Part shown: piece after piece, positions 1-9,856 of the stretch
Position numbering within the stretch: the stretch's first letter is position 1
Layout: every line of letters starts with the position of its first letter
Source: an uncultured Planctomycetota bacterium
Lineage (GTDB): Bacteria > Planctomycetota > Planctomycetia > Isosphaerales > Isosphaeraceae
Assembly: GCA_963845755.1 (NCBI GenBank)
Contig: CAWJTV010000013.1
Coordinates: 128,001-192,000 of the forward strand
Length of the DNA: 64,000 nucleotides
Direction of reading: 5' to 3'
Notes under the pieces: generated by a model
Database searches by the model: none
What the model saw: the letters and a program-made list of their open reading frames with translations, nothing else
Told to the model about the DNA's origin: nothing
Made by a program: the position numbers and the translations under genes

Positions 1-267
1 AGTATCGCCTGCTCGGTCTCGCCGCTAAAGCCTTCGAAATGGTTGCACTGTGCTAGCCCGTCGGCAATTCGCTCGATGGTTGCCGTCTGCCTTGGTTCCG
101 TCCCGTTTTCCGAGTTTGCTTAATGTTTCCTGAAACTTTCCTTTACCTCGCCGCCAACCGAAGCTGAACATATAAAACACGGCCGGCAGAACGGCAGACA
201 GATCGAAATCTTGTACTGTGATCGGCAGGGCCTTTTCATAGTTCCCTGACCAGATCTCGCGGGTCAT
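1..267 (-). CDS. 5' part of a hypothetical protein coupled to the NERD-kinase-ATPase gene (Mad7/DndG-like position); runs off the window edge
   Basis: The ATG at 267 overlaps the upstream TGA (ATGA at 267-264); a GTG at 291 is an alternative start. Reads MTREIWSGNYEKALPITVQDFDLSAVLPAVFYMF, then after an indel near 90-100 continues QTATIERIADGLAQCNHFEGFSGETEQAIL to position 1. Confidence 0.6.
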
Positions 268-3200
268 ACCACGCCCAAGCACCTCGTCCACGATGCGCGG
301 GCCGTTGTGGCAATCTTTCCCGGGCTCACGCCCCGCCTCCTGGTGCGACTACACTCAGGTTTATTCGCTGATCTCATTCGCGGTTTGCTCCAAATTGTGG
401 AGACCTTGAAGATCTTCTCTTCCTGCATCGGATTCAAGGCCAACAGTTCACTCTCATCCTCGCGGACCAAGCGTTGGATAAAGATAGAGAGATTGGCGAA
501 CGTATCGTCGGTCGAGACGTCGCCCAACTGGTATCCGTCGCTCAACTCCAGAAGCAGATGAAAGACTGCCCGCTTCAAGCCCCGAGCGCTCTTCACGGCC
601 GTCGCGATAGCGATAGATCAGGAACGCTTGCCGGTGCAGGCGCTCCATGCCCTCCGCTTCCGGCGGAAGATCTGCCTCAAGTCGAAACGAGGTGACCGGC
701 TTCTCTACCCAAAAGTCCGTTTCTGTTGGCGTTCGAGGCGTGATGGCCAGAGGGATTACGTTGGGCCTGTCGAGCGCCTGGGGTGGCAGATCTTCAAGTC
801 GCGAAATGCCACGACACAGACGCTCGCAGAGGCTCACCAGCTTCTGTGGGTCCTTGACAATCGGGAGATCTCGGAAAAGACGCAGGTGCCGCCCGCGTGC
901 CAGATCGAGGGCCTCGGGCTTGCCCGCGAACTCGTCATCGAGCGCCGGGCTTGCCCGCGATCTCCTCTATGTGTTCCTGCGTCCATTCGAAGAATGCCCG
1001 GCGCCGGGCTGATTCCAATTTGAGTCGGTCGTAATGAAGCGCCGTCCTGTCGCTGTCCGGGGAGGGTTTGCTAAGCAGGTGCCGATCGATCTGGGGATGA
1101 GCCTCGAGAGTGGGGTCGAAGCGGACCAGTTCTCGTAATACTTCGCCTTGTCGGCTAGGCGAATCGGCGGAGAAGGCACGGTCCCAGTATGGTGGAACTT
1201 CAGATCCGGCGTGGTAATCCTCGCAGAAGTGGACGCCGAAGAGAATATAGACCAGGGCTGCGCGTAACTCGCGGACAGTGATGTGCGTTTCCCCGCGAAG
1301 GTGGACGGCTTGCAGCGCCGCGAACAGCCGTTGGCGGGCGCGGTCGCGAATGTCCTTGTTCGCTGACCCAGGAAGACCCTCCGGACCGAAGATTCGGTTC
1401 GCACGGAAGACTTCACAGCGATCCTTTGCCGAACAGGATCGGCAAGGTGCCCATGTCGCAGACGCTCGTTCCCCACCATACAAGGAGTCCATCAGGGGCT
1501 CGAAAAAGCTGGTCTCGATTCGGCTCCCGTCAGGTGTGATGCCCCCGACGAGGGACCTTTGATTGAGGCTCACGAATCGGATGTAGGAGTCCTGCGTGGC
1601 AACTTCTCGTCGGAGTAGGTCGTACAGTTCTCCCGTGAGCGCCGTTTCATTGCCACCTTCGCGTGATTCCACACCCTCGATCCACTCGAGCAAACGCCCA
1701 TCGTTAATCGCGAGGAGATGCACAATGTCATCGGTGGGCGGTCCATGCTGGAATGGTGCCAGAAACTCGTCGAGGAGGTTGTCGGCAGAGCGTCCCTGCA
1801 CGCTCCATGCCGCCGATCCGTCCAGATTCATGCGAACAACCAAACCGTCACGCATTCGAGATTGCAGGATGTGCTCGGACGAGGAGTGCTTCCGAACTCC
1901 GAGTCGCGTAGCGAGATGCTGAAGTAGAGCAGTCTTGCCGTCGCCAGCATTGCCACATAAGATCACGAGGCGGACTCGTCGCTCAAATACATCATGATAT
2001 AAGGATTCTTCGAGCCTTGTTTCAACGTAGGTCTGAGAGGCGAAACCCGTGTCGAGCCCCCGCGTCTCACGATTTCCCCACCGCGATCCCGGATAGGACT
2101 GCAACAGTGAACTCAGCCACTCGATTCGTTCCTGGTGCAGTTCCACTCCGGCGCGTTCTTCTTGAGCCCGTTCGGAAGCGCCCGGGAACTACCTTGGCGG
2201 TCCTTCCTTTTGTAGCCGTAGTCGGGTCCGCTTTCGGCTCGGGCGCCTCGAGGACCGCCAGGGCCGCACGAGCTGAGGCAAACCGCTGTCCCGGGTCGGG
2301 ATGGGTTGCCTTGTCGAGGAAATCAGCCAGCGCGAGGCTTTCCGAGCGTTCAATTCCATCCCAGTTCAACCCCCGCTCTTTAGCTTGAGTGCCGGCGAAC
2401 TGGAAAGGTTCCCTCCCGAAGACCACGTGAAAGAAGCTGGACGCCAAAGCGTAGATGTCGTCTGACGGCGAGGTCGCTCGCTGCTCCTGATAAGAGGGTG
2501 AACAATACAAAACGGTGCCGGGCGAAGCAACGGTTTCGCCAATCTTGCCGACGAAATCGTAGTCTGTCAGGACGAGATCGCTTCCGGAAACGATCATGTT
2601 TCGAGGGCTGATGTCGCCGTGAATCAAGCGGTTGCGATGGAGCACATCGAGCGCCCGACACAAAGGCGCGCAGCCACCGCAAGGCCAAGGCTTCACTGGA
2701 CGTCTCTTGCTGCTCTTCTGCCAAAAGTGGGAAGACGCCGGTGAACTCGCCAAGCGGCGTGCCTTCAACCCAGGTCATCAGCGCGACGAATTGGTTCTCC
2801 CGCGGTTCGCCCGCCACCTCAAGGATGGCGGAGAGGCCCGAATGACGGCCGAGGTACGATTGCGCCAGTCTATAGGCCTTCAGGACTCGCTCGCCGGTTT
2901 CCACACTATGCCCAACTTTGGCCACGTAAGTCCCGAGATCCTCTTTCGTTCAACCGGTCGATCTCCACCACCTTGAAGGCCGTCCCCATACCTCCGGATC
3001 CGAGACGTGCAACAATTCGATAATCGCGGTCGTGGAAGCGTACTACCTGCTCTTCCGTCCAGAAGCGGGCCGGAGGGGTTGCCGGCGGCGGTAGTGATTC
3101 GCCCAGCAGTTCGGAGGCCGACGCGTTCAGGGCTTCCAGCGTACAACGCTGCGCCGGGCTCTTCCGCCATGCCTTTCGCGAACACCTCCACGGCCTGCCG

Positions 3201-4410
3201 GCTAGTCTCATCGTCCCGTCCCTGGAACAGTGGTGTCAGACAAGCGCAAAGCGAATATACATCCGAGCGAAAGTCCGCAACGCTCAGGCCGAGCGCTCGA
3301 ACCTCTGGAGAAGCCGTGGCATCCCATTCGCGGGACGGCGTTCCGCTGGATGCCACGGTGATGTCGGAGGGGATCTTGGTGCGATCAAAGCCTGTGAGGA
3401 TCGGCGAATTATCGTATTTCACCAGGATCGTTCTGGGCGTGAGGTTCCGGTGAACCATGGCCTCACCGGCCGCCCCCGCCTTGTGCAACTCGGCCAGCGC
3501 GCGAACGGCCGCCTTGTGCAAAGGTCAACCGCCTAGTCGCGTCCCATGTAGGGTCGGTCGCTCGCTCCTCGATGCTTGGTGCGGCGGGGTTGACCACCGT
3601 GAAGAAGAACATCTCACCCGCATACCCAGGCACTTCCTGATAGGAATCCAGAATTCGAGGAGCCCATTCGCACAGTTGTAACCGATGGAGCGCTTCGAAC
3701 TCGCGTTTGGCCTTGGCCTCGGCATTCTTCTCGTCGTTTGCAGATAGGTCATAGAGATGTAAGATGACCCGATCTTGGCGTGCGGGGTGGCACCCTTTGT
3801 AGACACGATGAAAACGTTCCTCCTTCGACGTTTGGAGCTCCAGGTTAACATAACCGGCGAGCCGGCGCAACGAGCCATCCATAGCGACGGCGATCTTTGG
3901 CTCCAAGGCGTGCCCCAACCTCGCAACTTGTTGAGGCGACAGTGCTCGTCCGGAGTCGACGCCGATGGCGCCTTTCCAATCATTCAGTGTATGGAACCGG
4001 ACCCCTCGTACCTCCTTGTTGGCGAGCCGCTTGACTTTGCTCGGCTCTTGAGTCAGCAGGATAGCGCCAGCCACATGAGGAAGGTTCGGAGCAATCTTGC
4101 GGAGCGTTGTCCCGATCTTGCGAGCCTTGTTCGTAACTCGTTCCGCCTCCTGCTCCACCAGATCTCGATGCTGGTCCACCCATGAAGGACTCCAATGTTT
4201 AACCTCGACGACTCGAACGCCGGGCGAGCCGATCACGACAATGTCGATCTCGTCCGACTGCAACTGATTGGTAATCGAGAAGGCGAGGTTCGTTAGTAGG
4301 ACCCATGGGTCGTCTCCCGCTGCGGTTTGGAGGCGGCTTTTCAATTGCTCGACGGCTTTGCGCTCGCTTTCGTTCACCGCGGGGCCGCAGGGGAAGACGG
4401 TCACTTTCAT
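264..4410 (-). CDS. Multidomain NERD nuclease - pseudokinase - Ser/Thr kinase - P-loop ATPase (MADS Mad6-like / PglW-related defence kinase), about 1380 aa, split by several indels
   Basis: Stitched from ORFs 3463-4410, 2880-3521, 2906-3211, 2380-2925, 2067-2768, 935-2146, 454-837 and 264-596. NERD motif EIDIVVIG..VVEVKHW; kinase-like 1 HRNLTPRTIL..TGFD; kinase 2 LGSGGMG..VAK..HGDISPRN..TDYD; Walker A CGNAGDGKT; LLAINDGRL; CxxC-x4-C (CRSCSAKDRC). Confidence 0.8.
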
Positions 4411-4499
4411 CTTCTTACCTCCGTTTCCTGCATCCGAAACCTCAGCGGATCGGGGTGAGTGGGAGACCTATGGCGCAGGCCGCCACGCCGACCGTCGCA

Positions 4500-4770
4500 G
4501 ACTGCAAGGTGGTCCAGTCAGGTGATGGCCATATGCATTGGATCGGGTGTCATCTCGCTTTTGGTCCGAGGGGCGGGCGGAAGCGCGGGCGTTTCCTCTC
4601 GTCGGCAATGCGGTGGCCTGTCGGATACGAGTCGAGGTAGTTCTCCAGCGCGTGATGCGCGGGCATTTCATGTTTCTTGCTGCTTCTCTCACGAAGCCGC
4701 GTCCAGACAATTTTCCTTGAGCGTAATCTTCTTCGTTCGCCATTGCAACCATGGCGTCAGGGTAGATAGA
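4500..4770 (-). pseudogene. Fragment of a tyrosine recombinase/integrase
   Basis: Across frames it reads AMVAM.NEEDYAQGK..WTRLRERSSKKHEMPAHHALENYLDSY..IADERKRPRFR, resembling the 'VEDYYxxGKRWWVRLHEKGGKxHEMPAHH' segment of XerD-like integrases. Truncated, with stops. Confidence 0.65.
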
Positions 4771-5120
4771 AATAATTGGTCGTTGCGGTGATGATTGCCG
4801 CGCTCGTCGGGGATCAGGTAGACGCTGGAAATCAAGCTGCTTCGGTCCGACGACACAGACGAATGCTCGAACTCTTCCGGACTGGTACCGGTATCGACTC
4901 TGGAGGCGTCTTCGGGCCGCAAGGAGACACCCGGGCGTCGGGCGGCGATCCCGTCGAGATCCCCGTGCGACGGTTGCGGGACGCAACGAGGATGCGACCC
5001 CGGCCGGTGTTGAAGTGCGACCACGCGTTCATCCAGGCGCCCGGCCGAGCACTCGGGTGGGGGAATCGGCCTACGCCACCCCAGCCGCCCGCGGTAGAAT
5101 GCCGCCGGGAGGTGACCGTG

Positions 5121-5534
5121 ATGCAGACCATAACTCTGTCCGCCCAGGCCGTGGCCGTGCTCCGGTTCGAGATCCGGGGGTGGAAGGCGAAGGCCCCGGC
5201 CGGCCGGCTGTCCGCCTACCGCGAGCTGGCCGCGGCCGGGGTCATGGAAACGGTGCCGGGCTCGGAGGGGGAGTACCGCTTCACCCGGGAGGGACGGGAG
5301 CATGGCGGGGCCATCCTCGAGCGGGAGGCGGAGCGGATCGAGCGGGAGCGGTACGAGCCGCCCGATGCCAGTCGTCTGTCGCATGTGGCCAGGGAACTAT
5401 GGCGGCGTGCCAATCATCGCGGGCTTGCAGAAGAGGTCGCGGAGGCGCCGGAACGGATTGTGCATGCCGGGACGATTCCACGTTTCGCGACAGATGGCAA
5501 GCCGCCCACCGGGGGACAAGGTGAATTCGCGTGA
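5121..5534 (+). CDS. Hypothetical protein (3' end possibly degenerate)
   Basis: GGAGG RBS before ATG 5121 and a TAGAAT -10-like box at 5095-5100; MQTITLSAQAVAVLRFEIRGWKAK... with coding-like codon usage. Confidence 0.5.
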   Translation: MQTITLSAQAVAVLRFEIRGWKAKAPAGRLSAYRELAAAGVMETVPGSEGEYRFTREGREHGGAILEREAERIERERYEPPDASRLSHVARELWRRANHRGLAEEVAEAPERIVHAGTIPRFATDGKPPTGGQGEFA

Positions 5535-5736
5535 TGCCTTGACGACCGCTTCCCGCGCCGCGCCATTCCTCGCTTCGCCTCCCCCTGCCCGTGTTGGTGC
5601 GGGCATGGTGCCCAGATCCCGGAAGGGGCCCGGAAAGGGGACGGAACGAATCTTGGACCCCGAAGGCGACGGGGCCCGGGACTATCCGCCGAGATCACGG
5701 TTTGTGGATGACCCGTTCGTGACCGCGGGTCTCTTA

Positions 5737-6644
5737 GAGTGCTCGGAAAAAATGAGTTCACTGGCCCAGGAGCCTCAAACAGATCAAGGAACATGCTAAC
5801 TTGAGGAACGCGTCTTGAATCTCGGTGAGCCGATCCAAACGGCGGCGCAGCCGGCCGAAGGAGTGCAGCCACGCGATGGTCCGCTCTACGTACCAGCGGG
5901 ACTTGCCCAAACCGCTGCCGTGCTCCGTATTGCGGGCCGCCAGCACCGGCGTGGTCCCCCGGCCGCGCAAACCCTGCCGCACCGGTTCCGAGTCGTAGCC
6001 CCGATCCCCCTGCAAGCGGTCGGGCTTCTGCCGCTTCGGCCCCGGCTTGCCGCCCACCGGCGGCATGTCGTCGAGCGTCGTGAAGACCTGGGTGATCTCG
6101 GGGACGTTGGCGGCGGTCACCGTCGCCGCCAGCGGCACGCCTTGGGCGTCGGTCATCACGTGGTGCTTGCTGCCGGATTTGCTCCGGTCCGTCGGATTCG
6201 GGCCGGTATCCTCGCCCCCTTCCGGGGCCTTGGCGAAGGAGGCGTCGATCAGCGCCCGCTCCCAGTCGATCGCGTCAGCGCCGTTGAGCTCGGCCAGCAA
6301 GACGGCGTGCAACTGGCGCCAGACACGGCCTGCTGCCACGCCTGCAGGTAGGACCGGCAGGTCTTGCCGCAGCCGCAGCCGAGGTCGGCGGGCAAGTCGT
6401 CCCAGGCGATGCCGGTCTTGAGCACGAACAAGATGCCGGTGAGGATCTTGCGGTAGTCCAGGGGTTTGCGTCCCGGGAAGCGGAAGCGGCGCGGAGGCGG
6501 GGGTGGCAGCAAGGGCTCCAGGCGCTTCCACAGCGCATCGGAGACAAGGGGTTTCATGGTGGTCCTCCTTCGGTTCGGGAGATCACTCTCCGAAGGACTC
6601 AAGAGCAGACAGCGTGCCAGTGGATTCATTTTTTCCGAGCGCTC
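5737..6644 (-). mobile_element. IS5-family insertion sequence (908 bp)
   Basis: 29-bp terminal inverted repeats, 26/29 identical: GAGTGCTCGGAAAAAATGAGTTCACTGGC (5737-5765) and the reverse complement of 6616-6644. TTA target duplication at 5734-5736 and 6645-6647. Confidence 0.93.
5758..6557 (-). CDS. IS5-family DDE transposase (one indel near 6326)
   Basis: N-terminal MKPLVSDALWKRLEPLLP..ILFVLKTGIAWDDLP (DUF4096-like); C-terminal IDAS..GPNPTDRSKSGSKHHVMTD..GDRGYDS..RWYVERTIAWL. Confidence 0.9.
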
Positions 6645-6688
6645 TTAGGAAGTCCGTAGGGTTTCCAGTGTTCGGAGCGCGCAGTACT

Positions 6689-6925
6689 CTGTCTACCGTC
6701 ACATTCGAGGAAGCCAAGGCTTATCGGGATGAGTTGATCACAGGTCTCTGGCCGGGCGAGGAGCTGATCATCACGCGCGGCGAGCGGCTGGTCGGGACGC
6801 CCACCGAGGTGCCCCGCCCGCTGCCGGGACGCGGTCAAGGTATGCTGACGATCGTCTTGGAAGACGACAACCATCTCAAGGATTTCGCCGAGTCCATGCC
6901 GTGATGCGCTGCTCGATACGCATCG
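6689..6925 (+). pseudogene. Decayed Phd-like antitoxin plus the first codons of a PIN/VapC toxin
   Basis: The start has mutated to CTG: (M)STVTFEEAKAY..PGEELIITRG..GRGQGMLTIVLEDDNHLKDFAESMP*. An overlapping atg cgc tg ctc gat acg cat follows, an MRLLLDTH-like remnant. Confidence 0.6.
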
Positions 6926-7249
6926 TCGAGATCATGCGCGAGATCCAGGATCTGCTGGCGAGGAGGTCATGAGCCGAACCCGCAGGATTCCATCACCGAC
7001 TCCGGTTGACCTCAAGATTCCCGGGTATGACGTAGAGAGGCCGTGCTCAGACCAGAGGTCGTGCTCAGACCAGGTTTCTAGTTTCTTGGCCGCCGCTTCC
7101 TCTCCGAATCCACACCGGCCTTCCGACTCGACTACCGCCAGGAATACGGCCGCCTCACCCTCTCCGTCATCACCGTCATGGGGATGGTCAAGGGCCTGGA
7201 GAAGGTCCAGGTGACGCTCCCACTCGACATGCCGCTGGCAGGAGATTAC

Positions 7250-7309
7250 GTAGGTCAGGCTTCCCAGCCTGACAGAGCCAGACTGTCAGGCTGGGAAGCC
7301 TGACCCTAC
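7250..7309. repeat. GTAG-type REP-like palindrome
   Basis: Perfect 23-bp arms GGTCAGGCTTCCCAGCCTGACAG (7253-7275) and CTGTCAGGCTGGGAAGCCTGACC (7283-7305), bounded by GTAG...CTAC. Confidence 0.8.
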
Positions 7310-7530
7310 CGAAGACGATACAACCGAACCGGATAAAAGCTCTTCGGCGAGGAATGAAACAACTCGCGATCCTGAGTCAGGCCCAGGCTGGCGCGGAGCC
7401 CCTCCAGGTAAGGTCCCCACGTCTCGGGTCGATGTCCGGCGGCGGTTCGAACTGAGTCCCAGAGGAAGTGGGTGACGCGATACTGGGCGATCACCTCCTG
7501 GATCCGCCGGAACTCGTTTTTCTGGAAAGA
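7306..7530 (-). pseudogene. C-terminal fragment of an unidentified gene
   Basis: ..NEFRRIQEVIAQYRVTHFLWDS..YPVRLYRLR* has coding-like codon usage but no plausible N-terminus. Confidence 0.3.
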
Positions 7531-7587
7531 TCTTGCTCAGGGCCGCATTCTATGGTACCCTTAAACGTACCTTTGGAGGTACTGATC

Positions 7588-7863
7588 ATGGCTAGAGTCC
7601 CCGCCATCGTTCCGGTATCCGATCTCAGACAGGACGCGGCGGCCGTCCTGAAGAAGGCACGCGATTCGGATGAACCGATCTTCATTACACAGCGGGGGCG
7701 GGCGACGGCTGTCCTTCTGAGCATCGACGCCTTCGAGCGATCGGAGAACCAGCGAGAGCTCCTCCAACTCCTGGCTCGGGGCGAACAGGAGATTGCTAGC
7801 GGCATCGGCCACAGCCTTGACAGCGTGCTGACCGAAGCCGACACGCTCCTGTCGGAAGGCTGA
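7588..7863 (+). CDS. Type II antitoxin, Phd/YefM family
   Basis: GGAGG RBS; MARVPAIVPVSDLRQDAAAVLKKARDSDEPIFITQRGRATAVLLS. Three GTAC palindromes upstream (7555-7583) may be operators. Confidence 0.9.
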   Translation: MARVPAIVPVSDLRQDAAAVLKKARDSDEPIFITQRGRATAVLLSIDAFERSENQRELLQLLARGEQEIASGIGHSLDSVLTEADTLLSEG

Positions 7864-7865
7864 TC

Positions 7866-8162
7866 ATGGACGTTCGATTCACGGCCACGGGTCGGGCGCA
7901 GTTCCTCGGTGCGATCGATTCGATTCGTCGAAAGAGCCCCCAGGCCGCCCGGCAGTTTCGCCAGCGATCTGAGAAGTCGCTCAAGCGACTGGCGAAGTTC
8001 CCCAACTCCGGCGCGCTCGTTACCGAGTTCCGCCATCTGCCCTATCGCGAGGTGTATGTCCAGCCCTACCGGTTTTTCTACCGCGTTCGGGAAAAAACCG
8101 TATGGGTCGTTGCGGTCTGGCATGGTGCCCAGATCCCGGAGGAACCGGAGGCGCGGAGCTGA
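7866..8162 (+). CDS. Type II toxin, RelE/ParE family
   Basis: 98 aa, 2 bp after the antitoxin; LAKFPNSG..YREVYVQPYRFFYRV..VWVVAVWHG. Confidence 0.9.
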   Translation: MDVRFTATGRAQFLGAIDSIRRKSPQAARQFRQRSEKSLKRLAKFPNSGALVTEFRHLPYREVYVQPYRFFYRVREKTVWVVAVWHGAQIPEEPEARS

Positions 8163-8221
8163 TCGCGCGGCCGTGTGTCGAACTTGGAGCATCGCATCAG
8201 CTCTCGGGTGGCTCGTCATCG

Positions 8222-9619
8222 TCACTGAGTTCGCCTTCGACTCAATTCCTCTTCGATCTGGTGAGCGGCGGCGGTGAGCCCTCGCACGTCCTTGAGCTTG
8301 GCCAGGTAGACGCATGCGCCGATCAATCCGCCGCCGTACATCAGCACGCGGAAGCCCAGCAACGCCAGATCGCCGCCAGGGTGGTCGACCAGATTGAAGA
8401 TCTGGGCGGCGACCAGCTCGCTGATACCCAGGGCGCCGAACGGCAGCGGCACGGCCGTCGTGAAGAGGATCAAGGGGACCATCAGGAAGTGCTGGGCGAT
8501 GGTGGTCGTCATCGCCGGGAAGAGCATCTTCCCGACGATGTAGAACGCGAGCACGTTGAGCGTATGGTTGCCCATCGACATCAACGTGCAGAACGAGACC
8601 ACGTCCAGCCGGCGCCGGTAGGTCGTCAACATCGACTTCAACTCGGAGACGATCAGGCTCAACCGGGAATGCCCCCTCCCGAGTTGAGGGAAGATCGCGG
8701 TGAACACCTGGCCGAAGATCGCGGCCAGGACCAGCACGCCAAGGCCGGTCGCGATCCAGGCGGCCACGATCAGGTTGCGGACCTCGGTCGGAGGGTTCGC
8801 ACTCCAGGCGATCAACCCGCCGATCGACGCCAGGATGAACAGGCCGAGGAGTCCGACGATCCGGTCGATCACCATGGACGCGATCGCCTGCGTCTTCTTG
8901 ATGTGCATCTTCGCCAGGTAGGCCGCCTTGATCAGGTCGCCCCCCACCGCGCCGGGGATCACCAGGTTGAACACGTTGCCGATGAAGCCCAGGAGGATCG
9001 CCGCGCGGAGGGTGAACCGCGGGTCGATGACCCGGACCAGGAGGAACCAGCGGAAGAATGTCGAGACCAGCCCGATCATGTAGATCACGAGCGCCAGCCC
9101 CAGCAAGCGGAGGTCCAGCGGGGGTCTGAAGAGGGTCTGACCGGTGATTGATGTTGCCTCGCTGAGGACCTGCACCGTCTCGGCACTGCTGAGGACCTGC
9201 TGGGGCAACCAGCCCGGGAGCTGCTGCTTGAGGGTCGCGATCGCGCCGGCTTGGCCGGTGGAGAGGCTCGACTCCAGCTCGTCCGACAGGATCTTGCCGG
9301 AGGCATCGGCGGACGCGAGGTGCAGCGCGCCGCTGCGATCGCTCGTCTCATAGGTGTCGGTGCGGACGCCGGCGGAATCGAAGGTCCGGATGTGGACCAG
9401 GCCGTTGTTGTCGAGGCCGGCGATGACGAGGTTGTTACCCGAGGTCGGCACCCCCGCGCCGTCCCCCCAGGACATCAATTGCAGGTCGGGCCCGCTGAAG
9501 ACCTCCTGGAGCTTGTACCGATTCCTCCAGATGACCCAGCCCAGCAGGCCGAAGGCCAGCGCCACCAGGAGGGCGTTGATGATCAATCCGAGCTTCGAGC
9601 GTGGTGCAGGATTTGTCAT
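8222..9619 (-). CDS. Lysylphosphatidylglycerol synthase TM-domain / UPF0104 flippase-like membrane protein with a 123-aa in-frame insertion
   Basis: RWFLLVR..FIGNVFNLVIPGAVGGDLIKA..DRIVGL..PFGALGISE motifs and multiple TM segments. Confidence 0.85.
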   Translation of the reverse strand: MTNPAPRSKLGLIINALLVALAFGLLGWVIWRNRYKLQEVFSGPDLQLMSWGDGAGVPTSGNNLVIAGLDNNGLVHIRTFDSAGVRTDTYETSDRSGALHLASADASGKILSDELESSLSTGQAGAIATLKQQLPGWLPQQVLSSAETVQVLSEATSITGQTLFRPPLDLRLLGLALVIYMIGLVSTFFRWFLLVRVIDPRFTLRAAILLGFIGNVFNLVIPGAVGGDLIKAAYLAKMHIKKTQAIASMVIDRIVGLLGLFILASIGGLIAWSANPPTEVRNLIVAAWIATGLGVLVLAAIFGQVFTAIFPQLGRGHSRLSLIVSELKSMLTTYRRRLDVVSFCTLMSMGNHTLNVLAFYIVGKMLFPAMTTTIAQHFLMVPLILFTTAVPLPFGALGISELVAAQIFNLVDHPGGDLALLGFRVLMYGGGLIGACVYLAKLKDVRGLTAAAHQIEEELSRRRTQ

Positions 9620-9856
9620 TTCGGACCATTGTTGGTAGTCATGAGAACGGTTCGCGAACCAGTCTCATTGAGATTATCATATATTATTTATTAAATTAAA
9701 TCTGGTGCATCTAGTGTTCTAGTGAACAGTATTTTCGGCCTGTTCCACCTGTTATGCTACCTGTTCTGAGGCACAAGGCTCCTGAGCGTCAATCGCTCTG
9801 GGTCGCGTACGCGCCGCGCGAGCACCATCGCGGGCGCGACACATTTGTGAACCTCT

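Noticed and set aside
6315..6335. Programmed frameshift in the IS5 transposase
   Set aside because: There is no A-run or other slippery sequence at the shift. A single missing G (gcc g[g]t gtc tgg) fits the window-wide indel pattern.
6922..6972. IVEIMREIQDLLARRS* resembling an HsdM/Mad2-type methylase C-terminus
   Set aside because: It is only 16 codons long and on the opposite strand to the kinase gene, too short to support.
4500..8162. Integron with TA cassettes
   Set aside because: The integrase fragment does not look IntI-like, and I could not identify attC sites (RYYYAAC...GTTRRRY).
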